Origin: Octopus sinensis
Taxonomy: Eukaryota
Direction: 5' to 3'
Length of the DNA stretch: 64,000 nt
Assembly: GCF_006345805.1 (NCBI RefSeq)
Contig: NW_021833265.1
Location: forward strand, 1 to 64,000
Shown here piece after piece: positions 37,421-48,983 of this stretch (positions are counted from its first letter, which is position 1; every line of letters begins with the position of its first letter). The translations under genes and the position numbers were made by a program. The notes below the pieces were generated by a model, which searched no databases, was not told where the DNA came from, and saw only the letters and a list, made by a program, of their open reading frames with translations.

Positions 37421-37581
37421 TTAAATCATAGCATCAGTAATCAAAGAATTACTTGCTTAAGACTTGACTAAGTCTTAAACTTTACATTAAGTTTCAATGA
37501 AACAAAGGTCATTTCGAAAACTGAACCGCTCTGAGACGTTCTGCACCGCGTACTTGACAATATTATTTATGAGGAATTAAA

Positions 37582-37926
37582 GGCGGTGAGCTGGCAGAAA
37601 TGTTAGCACGCTGGGCCAAATGCATAGCGGTATTTCGTCTGCCGTTACGTTCTGAGTTCAAATTCCGCCGAGGTTGACTTTGCCTTTCATCCTTTTGGGG
37701 TCGATTAAATAAGTACCAGTTACGCATTGGGGTCGATATACTCGACTTAATCCGTTTGTCTGTCCTTGTTTGTCCCCTCTGTGTGTAGCCCCTTGTGGGT
37801 AGTAAAGAAATAGGTATTTCGTCTACCGCTACGTTCTGAGTTCAAATTCCGCCGAGGTCGACTTAGCCTTTTCAGGGTCGATGAAATAAGTAGCAGTTAT
37901 GCACTGGGGTCAATGTAACCGACTGG
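37582..37926 (+). mobile_element. Meta-domain SINE followed directly by a second 5'-truncated copy
   Basis: GGCGGTGAGCTGGCAG head, Meta block and tail ..CCCCTTGTGGGTAGTAAAGAAATA. The block from TATTTCGTCT repeats at ~37815. Confidence 0.8.
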
Positions 37927-38044
37927 CCACCTTCTACAAAGATTTCCAAGGCCCTGTGCCGAGAGTAAGAATAATTATTTAAGCGGAAATAATTGGATGT
38001 TGAATAGTTTCTGAATATAACATTGATTCACTTTCTGCAGCGTA

Positions 38045-39188
38045 TGTCTTCGGTGCTGAACACAGGGTTTGCAGTATTACTTCATTCACTTAGTTTTCCA
38101 TGTTCACACTTTCATCGCCTTCCAAGTATTGTCCATTTGATGTAATGCATCGGTCCAGACGCGTTTTCCAGTCTTCGAAGCGGTCTTGGAACTCTTGCGA
38201 AATGATCGTCTCCGTCGCTTTTTTTTTCACCTCTTTCACATCTGCAAAATATTTTCCTTTAAGGACTTTTCTCATTCGGGAGAACAAAAAAATATTGCAG
38301 GGAGCAAGACCGGGGCAACAGGGAGGGTGGGTAAACGAGGTCATGCCATTTTTGGTCAAAAACTGTCTCACACTGAAGGCGGTGTCCGAAATTTCTTTGT
38401 CGTGATGAAACCACCCCACCCCACTTCTGCCACGGGTCGGAACGATTTCGTCTCGTCGTGCCTCGCAAACGCTTCAGAAATGCTTCCATTGACTTGATCG
38501 CCCTATCGTTTCCGGGTTGTAGCCGTAGCACTAACTTTCGTCACTTCAAAAAAAGGGTCCGGATCCATTTCCAACTGTTCTTTCACTTCGCGACACGTAT
38601 TTAGTCGTGACTGCTTTTAATTTTCCGTGAGCAAGTGAAACACAAGTTTTGCTGCAACTCTTTTCATTCGCAATTTCTCGCTCAAAATTCATTGGAAAGA
38701 GCTCCAAGAAACACCAGTCATATTAACAAGTTCATCAATTGTTCGGCGACTGTCCTCCAAGACCAGTTTGTGAATTTTCGTGATGTTTTCATTCGTTCTG
38801 GAGGTCGACGGTTTCCCTGAATGATATTGGTCTTCAAGCGGAAAGTGACCATTACTAAAACGTGAAAACCACTAGTTTTGCTCATGGTAGAATCCTTGTA
38901 AGCTGTTTGAAGCATCACAACTGTTTCCGCCGCCGTTTTCCCAGAAAGAAAAAAAAACAGAATTTTGCGGAAGCATGCTGTCCCTTCGTTTCAACCATCG
39001 CAATAATCTACGAACAAGGGAGAAGCAATGCAAAACAAAGACGCACCACGTGACGAGTCCTGACTTCGACGTCAGTCGGGAGACTGACACCTGAGGGATG
39101 CATCAAGTGGATTCTAGCGGCGGAAGCTTAAACTACAACGGGCTTGTTCCGCAGAGAAAGTTTCCGGTTACTTTTGGTTACTCTTTCG
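38045..39188 (-). mobile_element. Internally deleted mariner element
   Basis: 5' TIR-like TACGAAAGAGTAACCAAAAGTAACCGG. Transposase remnants FCF.LGK..ETVVMLQTAY, WFHHD and HPPCCPGLAPCNIFLF (a degenerate HPPYSPDLAP). The 3' TIR is not recognisable. Confidence 0.85.
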
Positions 39189-39190
39189 TA

Positions 39191-39325
39191 TTGGTGTTGA
39201 CAAATAATTGTGTCCCCTAATATTATGATGGTTCCTCGGTCATGAGCGGAGGAATCGCTGGTGTTCATGCGAAATTGCATGTCGCAGCCCCATTTGCAAC
39301 TTGTGTCAGCTTCCACCAACAGAAC
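39191..39325 (-). CDS. Second secreted-protein gene, arm B copy, exon 2 up to the mariner
   Basis: catctAG acceptor. VLLVEADTSCKWGCDMQFRMNTSDSSAHDRGTIIILGDTIICQHQ is open until the mariner TA at 39189-39190. Confidence 0.5.
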
Positions 39326-39446
39326 CTAGATGTAGATAACTTCTTAACAAAAATGTAAAGGCTATCGGGGAATTTTTCGTCATACAGCAGCAACTTAACC
39401 TGTTTATGGATCGATTCAGAGTGCATCAGTAAAAACAAGTACTTAC

Positions 39447-39548
39447 AGGAAGAAAAACGAGGATAACCAGCAGAGAAGAAAATCTTCTCCTATACACGAT
39501 GGGCCAGTCAGCGGGTACCGTGCTATGCTGTTCATTATGAGCTTTCAT
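39447..39548 (-). CDS. Second secreted-protein gene, arm B copy, first coding exon
   Basis: ATG..MKAHNEQHSTVPADWPIVYRRRFSSLLVILVFLP, GTAAGT donor and 121-nt phase-0 intron. Differences from arm A in the hydrophobic part are synonymous or conservative. Confidence 0.6.
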
Positions 39549-41849
39549 TTATTGACATTCTCCCTCATTTCAGTGAGGTTATCAAGTCATGGGAGAGGCA
39601 AATTAAAGAGGAATGTTTCTGTAACGTTTGTCTATGAAAGTTTGCGCTCTCGTCTTCGCTAAACAGGTTTTAATACAAATCAAGTCTTTAGCAAAAATAT
39701 TACAAATTTTCACTGCTGTGACTACAGCAACAGAAATGGTATCCAGTTAAACATCTTCATGTCAAACGAAACGAAAGTTTTGTAGCCTCCGATTAAGTAA
39801 CAGATAGTGAAGATATTATGCTCAACCAGCTGACTCGAGAGAAACCTAATCTGCAAGGCAATCTTAACAGCATTTGGAGGCCTCAGCGGCTAGTGTGAGA
39901 GTGTTGGAAGCCGGCTGAAAATTCAAACCACAATTCCTATATTGAACCAGGTTTGCTTAGAGTTCCGACACCGATGTTCGGCATAAAATGGTGATATCAT
40001 GATAAACCTCTTATCTTATTTCTTTATTGCCCACAAGGGGTCATGATAAACCTCTCTTATCTTACTCCCTAAATTCCCCAGTTTCTGAATATGGTTTGTC
40101 TCAACTTCATAGCAGATACATTTCAACTGAACTTGGATACCCTGATATCAGAATGCCACTATGCAAAGCGACTCATCGGGTGGAAGTGACACATTTTGAT
40201 CTCATTAACCGATTTACTTGAGATTTTGAATCTCTCTATGGATTCCTCGTTTGAACTAATCGAACTGCTGCAAGAAGATGTAACACTGCCTGTAAGCACA
40301 CGGCAGGCTATGAATGAATACTTTCTCAAGGTGTGGATGATCAAGTCTTATCTGAAGGATTCCACAGTAAACAATAAACCAGACAATGTATGCCCAGTTA
40401 TTATGAATAGATGATGTATCGAAAACCTGAATCTTGAAGACATCCGCTTTCGTTTTTCGACACAACACCGAAAAGAGAATTGCTTTCGAGTAGTTTGTAT
40501 TTTCATAACGTATAACAGATACTGCTAACTTTTTATTTATTTGACATTCCAATCACATTCAGAAGTTGACTGTAAATAAATTTGATTTATTCAATTAAAA
40601 TTCAAATTTTTTTAATACAAATTCTCTGCCTGTGCTTAAAGTTTTTTAAAACTAAATCTACCTGGGCCACCACAAAACAATTGGATCACCACTGCTCCAG
40701 AACATTAATCGTCTGAAATTCGATCTCTGATCACATTTTCTTTATACAAATATTCAAACGAAATATTAACCGTATCGATCTCACCAATCCACAAAGGCTT
40801 GAAAACATCACGTCGATCCCACTCCCATCTCCCCTCTTCACCAAACTATAAACAAAGAATCCAATATTAATCTAAAACTTAACCAATGAAAACAAAAGGA
40901 ACATTTTTACGACATTTATGGTCAATATTTCAATTTATGTTTTTCACACCGAAAACTATTTCAACCTTTCGATAACCTGAAAGAAATTGTTGAGCTGCTG
41001 AGTTTCTGAGCGAATGTCTATTAAATTTCGTTTTTCGTATGACTGATTTCTTATTTTCGTTTTAACTGTATTTCACTCTGCTAATAAGCTGCAAGTAAGT
41101 TGCTGAAGCAAAATTTCATCCATAGAGAAGAACATAAATTTTTTATTTTAATTTCACTTTGTAATCCTTGATAAAATTAATTTAGACTTGCCAACTTAAA
41201 TAGTTTCTGAGAGACCAGAGGTAAAACTCAAATTAACAATCATATTACCTAAGGTTTTCGGTGCTTACTTACATTGCAATGGCCGTACAATAATTCCCGT
41301 AGACTATTTACCATATTCTTCAGAAAAGTTTTCCATGTTATTTTTCTTTAATTTGTTTTCTTTCTTTTTTTTTAGTTTGAATAACAAATGATTTCACTTT
41401 TTAAGAGAAATCAATCAAATGCAATTATTTTATCTCATATATTATTTAGATGATGGGTAAGAAGTGTTAAAGATTCGATTTAACTGCTTCTAGAATTTAG
41501 TTAAGACCCGTTACGTTTTGAAACAAAATGCTGTCCAGGTTAACTTAGTGTTTCATTCTTTGAAGGTCGATGAAATAACACCCAATTGCTTCATTGGTAC
41601 TCAAGTAAATTTAATAATCTTATAAACCTTCAAATGTGCGAATGGATTTATAAGAGAAGACTAATTTAGAACGAAAAACGTTAGGAATAAATATAAATTA
41701 ACAAAAGAATTAACTGAATTAAATTGAGTTTATTCACAATGAAACACGCATTTTATCTGATAGAATTATTATTAGCAAACGTGATCCGTTGGAGTCTTGC
41801 TCACATTTCATGGAGAAGTAAATAATTTTGGGATGAATTCCATTAAAGT

Positions 41850-42040
41850 TCAGACCAGTTTCTTTAGCACGCTCTTAGTGTTAGTATATGAAAAGGCGGT
41901 ACATGTAGAAGATACCATACATAAACGTGAACAATCCAGAACCGAGTGAGCATCCACCTGGGCCTCGGTTACAAGGTTGAGATATGGATTTTGTTTGAAG
42001 GAAAAAGTTGAATAAGCAGTCGAATCATTAATTACTTTTT
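41850..42040 (-). CDS. PAN gene B: terminal PAN/Apple-like domain exon 3
   Basis: ttttattgcAG acceptor, phase 1. SVLDCSRLCMVSSTCTAFSYTNTKSVLKKLV*. The last Cys is replaced by Ser. Confidence 0.8.
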
Positions 42041-43016
42041 CTGCAATAAAAAATGAAAGCGAAATCACAAGAAATACAAGAACATAAATGAAATTATTTC
42101 TCTTCATTGACAAGGCACAAGGGAAACGAATAGATATGGTCTAATGATTCGATAGATCGATTTTATTGATGTTCCGTTTGGGCATCTTTAAGTTAGCGTG
42201 AGTAGGGAGTGAATTCCTGAATGTTACCTAATCTAGAAAGGAAGTATCGGAATAATAATTGATGAAGAATCTGGCTGGTGAAATAGCACGTATGGCGGGA
42301 GAATGAGAAGGGGTATGTAGCTGATGATCTCGGACGTAGAGAGATTCTCGTATTATCAGCGAGTTGTATTGGGGGATTTCTGGGCAAATTAATAATTAAT
42401 ATTAATCCATCTAGCAGATTTTAAATGTACCTGTGGATCATTTGCAAGGGTATTAATTATTAATTCACTGCTAATCTATTTAACTAAGTATTAAAACTCT
42501 AGGTAGCAGTAATGATGCAATGAGGAAGAAAGAGATATTTATTAATTTAATAATTTGCCGACAAGAACAGGAGAGAGAAGATCAATGAATTAAAGATGAT
42601 GAACAAGAAACAGAAACAAAGAACACACACAAAAAACCTCAATAAAAACGGTCTTACTTTCAACGAAATAATAAGAGTCGAGAACTCTTACACCACAACC
42701 GACGGAATTAATCTTCTCCAGTGTATGTGACTGTCTGAAGTCATTCCAAAGTTCTGGAATGGAATAAAAATGATGAAATGAACGCAGGAACTATGATCCA
42801 CCCGACGTCCATCATACTACGAAATACGGACTATGATCGCAAGAAAACTGTGATTTGTGGAAACTCGCGTAGCGCTGCATTAATTATTTATAAAGTCTAT
42901 CCATGAAATTTAATTAATAATACGATAATATACATACATATACATATACATACATACATACATACATACATGCATACATACATACATACATACATACATA
43001 CATACATACATACAAT

Positions 43017-43101
<85 letters not shown>

Positions 43102-43379
43102 CTAGTTTATTTTGTCTCTCTGTCTTCTCTATGGGCGCGATATGAACATTTAAGGTGGTTTTAGGGCCAGGGTTTTGACTGGTATTTCAGCATGGTGGTA
43201 TCTCTCAGGTACCTTAATTTATAGTTTTAAATAATTATTACCTTTGTATGGTATTTATTCCCATGATGGCTACTTGATAAGATCGATATTTAAATATCGA
43301 TATTATCCTTATTAATATATATAAATATGTATATATATATATATACGATAAGAAATGGACTAATAAATTGCAGTGAAAA

Positions 43380-44690
43380 GTGGATCAACTAGCGATGAAT
43401 GAAATTAAAGTAATCTTAGAAGCGAGAGAATCCATAATGAATTTCGATAACAAACTATAGGTAAGGAAGGACACGCCTAATAACTTCGATATCACTATGC
43501 GAGCACCAGATTCATCACAGATAACTGACTTAGTAGGAATTTACTTATCAAATTTACAGGAAGAATTCTCGGAGATCAAGGGTTGTCTCTACAGGTATGA
43601 CGCACTATTTATATTGAAAAACATCTCAAATAGGAGATTAGAACTCACCAAGAAAACATTTTGGCCTAACTATTACTATAGAAAAGGAACATACTTCTAT
43701 AAACTACTTAGACGCTTATTGCAGCCTAACCACAGGACAACATGAACCCTACATAAAATCGAATACAAACCTTAAATATATAAACGCATTGAGTAACCAT
43801 CCCAACTTTATTAAAAGAGGACTAGTACAAAGCAACAGCAAAATAATTTCACGCCTCTCTTCCAACGAATATCGCCAAACCCTATTTATCCACGAAATAT
43901 CGCTAATCCTCATTTTACAGGTTATAAGCGAACCTGTTTAACCTCTTATTACCTCCCCTTAACTGTTCCACGTACCAATTAGCACTACTCAACTCCACTC
44001 CTCATTATAAACTAATTACTCAACTGTATACTTATTTTACATACTACGGTATTTTCCTATAATTTAATTTCATTTAATAACTAGACGACCGATTCATTTT
44101 AATGCTATAATTTTCCCATCGATCTTGTTTTTCTATGCACTCTTCAACCCTTTCTATTGTTCCTTTACTTAGCCCATTATACACACTATATCGTACATAT
44201 TTTAAATAATAACTTTATCCTTATACTACGGCTTCCATTGAAAATACAGGAACTAACTTACAAGCTATAAATTAGTGTTACGTAGGTCCAAATAACTACA
44301 ACGGATATCTCCAATAGCGATAAGTCACTCGGATTACACCGGCGGTCAACTAGTAATTAGCATTAGATGTTAGAACCTACGGACACGTGGAATTTGGAAT
44401 TATGAGACTAATTAATTATAAGACCAAGGATTTAACTAACTCTCTTCTCTTCTATCCTCCAACTGGTATACTGAATTAAGGACCTCCCTAAAATCTAAGA
44501 CTATTGAACTAACAAACATTCTTCCAGTTTTTCCTTTCCTTTCCTTACATTTTCTTTCTATTTTCCTTCTATTCATCTTTGCCATATAATCGTTATGATG
44601 ATGTCTATCAATTGCAATGAGGTAAATGCAAATTTACCCCAGCTTGATATACTGAAACAACTCTAAGCATATTCTCATCTTAATTAAATA
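43380..44690 (+). mobile_element. Degenerate Penelope-like element
   Basis: NFDITMRAPDSSQITDLVGIY..LYRYD resembles the PLE RT motif FDVTMGS.D.AE..DLVG..LYRDD. Followed by INYLD and SNHP remnants. Confidence 0.6.
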
Positions 44691-45019
44691 ATGACTTTAA
44701 AACACCAATGATTTACTTATCACTGTTATTTATTGCTCCATTTCTTATCGTCTTTATATATATTAAACCACCGTTTTACCTTTAAATTACCTACTACCGT
44801 ATACCTTATAACAAGGACCATACATACTGAGGTATGTATGTAGAATTCTTCTACATATATTTCGATGGACGCACTGTTATATATATCCTTCCTGATGAGA
44901 TCGATGCATTGATGAACATAATTTTTCCTGCCGGACATTTTGCAGTACATCCGTCGCGATATATGTCGAAGAATTCAAGATATAAATGGTGTAACAACAT
45001 CCCAAGACTTCTCCTGGGC

Positions 45020-45612
45020 ACATCAGATGTCGAAGAGACTTCGACCATATTTACTATCTGTGAAAGTTCAAAATTAATTTGTTTCCCTGCACAGATGGCA
45101 TACCTATGAAACTTAAGGATTTGATCTTCTCATTCATTCAGGGAACATTTTTATTTCTCCTCATAAATATGGGACACCGTGATGTTTACCCTTTAAAATC
45201 GTTGATATCTCAGTCCATTGCTATAAGTCTTGAACGGTGCATAACCATTTTAGTGGATACTGAAAAGCTCGATCTTCTTTGGTCTAAACCTCATGTTTTT
45301 AATTCTTCTTCTAGTTCAGACCACTTTATGAATCCCCTACGGAGGCAGTGTTTGATACGTTTAGCAGCTTTTAGCTACTCTTCCTGTTTCCGCCAAGTCT
45401 TAGCATTTTGTCGGTCGGTGGTAGACCAAAATACCGAGCAGGCTGCCCTATTACCGTGGTCCTTTGCGTTTGCTACGACATCTAGTTTCTCAGCCATGTG
45501 TTTGAAATCTGTGCGAAATTGATCGTAAGTCAACTTACCGATACGTTATGGGAAACCTTGCCCCAACTCTTGCCTCCTCTCAGATCAGCTGTATAGTTGT
45601 TTATATTTTGGG
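45020..45612 (-). mobile_element. Internal fragment of the pogo element at 28583-30939
   Basis: Reverse complement of ~29224-29820. The 45270-45612 part is nearly identical. No TIRs. Confidence 0.85.
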
Positions 45613-45783
45613 CAAGAAGCCCGCCCAGAAGAGTTGCAGAAGATTCCAAAGTCGTCTGGAGGATGTGGTTGAAGCCAATGGCAATTTTATTGAATAAATT
45701 AACTCTTTAGTATTTTAAGATATTTTTATGTAATTTTGGTAAATATGTTAAACTGAGATGTTAGTGTTATTTTCAGTAAAGGC

Positions 45784-46015
45784 TATTTGCCAACATAATG
45801 TGGCTGTCCTGGAAGGGACAATTGTTACTGTTGTTAGCCTCAGGAAACATGGTTTCCAGATGGCTATACGACACAATATTTGTGTCGTTATATCTTCCTG
45901 TGGTGGATGGGAGTGCTGGACTCGCTGTTCGAAAATATAAGGACACAGATATTGTGTCGTATAGCCATCTGGAAACGATGTCCTTTCCAGGACAGCCACA
46001 TTATGTTGAGAAATA
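45784..46015. mobile_element. Foldback/MITE-like inverted repeat, preceded by a Tc1-like C-terminal fragment (~45625-45695)
   Basis: CAACATAATGTGGCTGTCCTGGAA pairs with TTCCAGGACAGCCACATTATGTTG. TTTCCAGATGGCTATACGACACAATAT pairs with its complement. KSCRRFQSRLEDVVEANGNFIE* lies upstream. Confidence 0.65.
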
Positions 46016-46071
46016 TTCTTTACTTTAAAGAACTGTTATTTTCATTTGCATAATTTAGATGCCGCACCCAG

Positions 46072-46170
<99 letters not shown>

Positions 46171-46293
46171 TGTGTGTTAGATAATAATGCGAACGGTTTA
46201 CACCTGATAGCTCACTGGTAAAGCACGGTCGAAACAAATGTCGCTATTGATAATAAATTCTCGTATATTCCATCTTCCGTCTTTCATTTGCCA

Positions 46294-46378
<85 letters not shown>

Positions 46379-46385
46379 GTATATC

Positions 46386-46736
46386 AGAAAATAAAAAAAC
46401 AGAGATAAATGAAATGATAATTATTTATTAATTACAAATTTGGACATCATTTCTGACAGCTGTTTTGATTCAAGACTTTAGAAATTAATTAGTATAATTA
46501 AAAACATACTAAAGTTGAATCACATCGGAAAGTTTTGCTCCCTACACTCAACACACAATAATATGAAAATGTAAAGGTATATCTTTCCCCACCTCTGATG
46601 GGATTCAACTTTAAAATCTTTTTAATTATACTGATTGATTTCTAAAGTCTTGAATCGAAACAGTGTCAGAGACGATATCCAATTTTGTAATTAATAAATA
46701 ATTATTATTCTATTTATCTCTATTTTCTTATTTTCT
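46386..46736. repeat. Imperfect ~145 bp inverted repeat pair (MITE, or tail-to-tail Penelope pseudo-LTRs)
   Basis: 46386-46530 pairs with 46597-46736. Confidence 0.75.
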
Positions 46737-47544
46737 TAAATATATAAAAATCTCGGTTCATCTTACAGTTGAATATTAAATGCAATATCCAATACTTTTT
46801 CCAATAGGCAATAAACCTTTATATTTATTGGATTTTATTATCCGTTAATGAAGTTTAACCTTTAATTGAACTTTTATATGTAATGTGCTGATCCGTATAG
46901 TGAAAGATAAATATTATTCCTTTAAAGGTCACAATACATTATTAAAGCGCTACTAATAGTTTCATATGTTGAGAACACTCAAACATATTCTTCAGGCGCA
47001 AACCAAATATTATAACGAACGAAAGAAATTGAATAATAGTAGAAACGCGAAAAAACTGAGAAGGCACCATATAAAAACGCAGACAGTAAACAACGGAAAA
47101 CGAAAATAGAAACTAAACTGTCAAAAATATAATGTAAAAAAGGTAAAAGAGCTATGCTACTGACACCTTGAAAGATACGGCTGAAAAAGATAACAAGCCA
47201 GTCAGAAATAGGTGGAAGTTTCCAGTTCTTCAAGAAATATTTATACATATGCATGCAACCACTGAAATTTCTGACCTGGGGTTCAATAGAGAGTTAGGGA
47301 TCTTGGATTTGAACATAATCTGCAATTTTTTTTTAGCCAAAAAAAGTTTACATTTATTCGATCCGTTCACATTTATTTCTCCACGGTGTATTTGTCTTTA
47401 GCAGTTGAAATATATGACAAACATATTTCAACTAACCTAATTGTGACTATACGTAAACACTGCTCAGCGTATTTACTCCGATATATATATATATAACGGG
47501 AAAGTTTACCAAAATAAACAAAAGACGAAGGCAGGTGGAGTACA

Positions 47545-47599
<55 letters not shown>

Positions 47600-47800
47600 T
47601 GTGTGTGTGTGTGTGTGTGGTGTGTGTGTGTGTATGAGTGATCAATAGTTTGGTATTTAATTAGTCCATCAGTTTACTCACATCCTTTAAGGCCAAAGAA
47701 ATTATTGGAATAACATAATAAGCTAAAGGTGGGGCCTCAGTATCGTCCAAATATACTGTGACTAAAAGTCCGATAAAATATAAAGCAACTTTGCACTTAC

Positions 47801-48031
47801 TTTTGTTTAATTCAGTGTAAACACCATTTGTCCCAAACTTCAAAAAGTGATCAGAATGAGTTTTACTTGACAAAAAGCATTTTTTTGTATATATTTGGTA
47901 GTCAAACGACTGACAATTTGGTTTTGTTTCACAGCTGTACAAACATGTCGTATAATTAAGACCATGCAATCCACCGACGTCATTGCGACTAGGGAGATAA
48001 GCACTGTCAACTATATCCAACGGACATTTTC
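47801..48031 (-). CDS. PAN gene B: PAN/Apple-like domain exon 2
   Basis: ctcctttcAG / GTAAGT boundaries, 231 nt, phase 1-1, open. KCPLDIVDSAYLPS..NYTTCLYSCETKPNCQSFDYQIYTKKCFLS. Confidence 0.82.
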
Positions 48032-48499
48032 CTGAAAGGAGAAAATGGACAAATGAAGTTTTTCCTTCTTTTCGTTTTCGTTTTATTTTGGATTAATGAA
48101 AAATAATAAATAAATGAAAAATATTGGGTAAAGACACAACAACAATAACAACAAAAATAATGTCTTCCTCTTTTTCTCTATCACTTGACTCTGTAAATGA
48201 ATAATCTGGTGTGTTTGTTTTTATGGCCTACCAATGTAAACAATACGTTTCACTGCCCCATGTGTCAGGAAGACACTCGGCAAGAAATGGAAACAGAAGT
48301 GAAAGAATATGCTAATAAAAATGAAAATAATAATAATAATAATAATAATTATAATAATAATAATAAGTTAGGAGAATGATAATTAAAGTACCCCAAAATA
48401 TAAATACTGTCATACCATTCGTCCAGATAGATGACATAAAACAAACAAGGAATCTTCGAGCTATGCGCTACTAGCTGAGGAGAACAGAAAATGGTGGAG

Positions 48500-48945
48500 C
48501 AAAAGAAACGACGCATTAATACGGGCAAAGTAAGACTTAGAAAAAAATTGAGCAATGGTTAAGAGGAAACAGGAAAAATGGGAAAAAGAAAGACCGAGAA
48601 GAATTAGAGAAGGAATATAGAATACGGAAGAACGGATTTGATGCAGTAATAGAGCAGTTAAAACAAAGGATCATGGCAAAAAGCTTGAAGGTCAGATGAT
48701 TTGTGAACAGAAATATGCAGTTCGAGGAGAACAGATTTTTCAAAACTAACCCGAAACAATTCTTCCAAACGTTAGAAGGAGACAATAAGGAAAATGTTGC
48801 TCCTGATGCAAACCAAACCAAGGAGTTCTGGAGCGGATTATGGGGAAACAGTCTGGTGCATAAAAGGGATGCAATATGGATAGGAACTATCAAGACTGAA
48901 TTACGAGGAAAGGAACAAGTGGGTAAAGTGCCTAACTGGAAATTA
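48500..48945 (+). mobile_element. Internal fragment of a Dong/R4-type element
   Basis: IEQLKQRIMAK..QFEENRFFKTNPKQFF..EFWSGLW linker typical of this clade. Lies between (AAT)n tracts. Confidence 0.7.
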
Positions 48946-48983
48946 TAATTATAATTATAATAATAATATAATTATTATTATTA

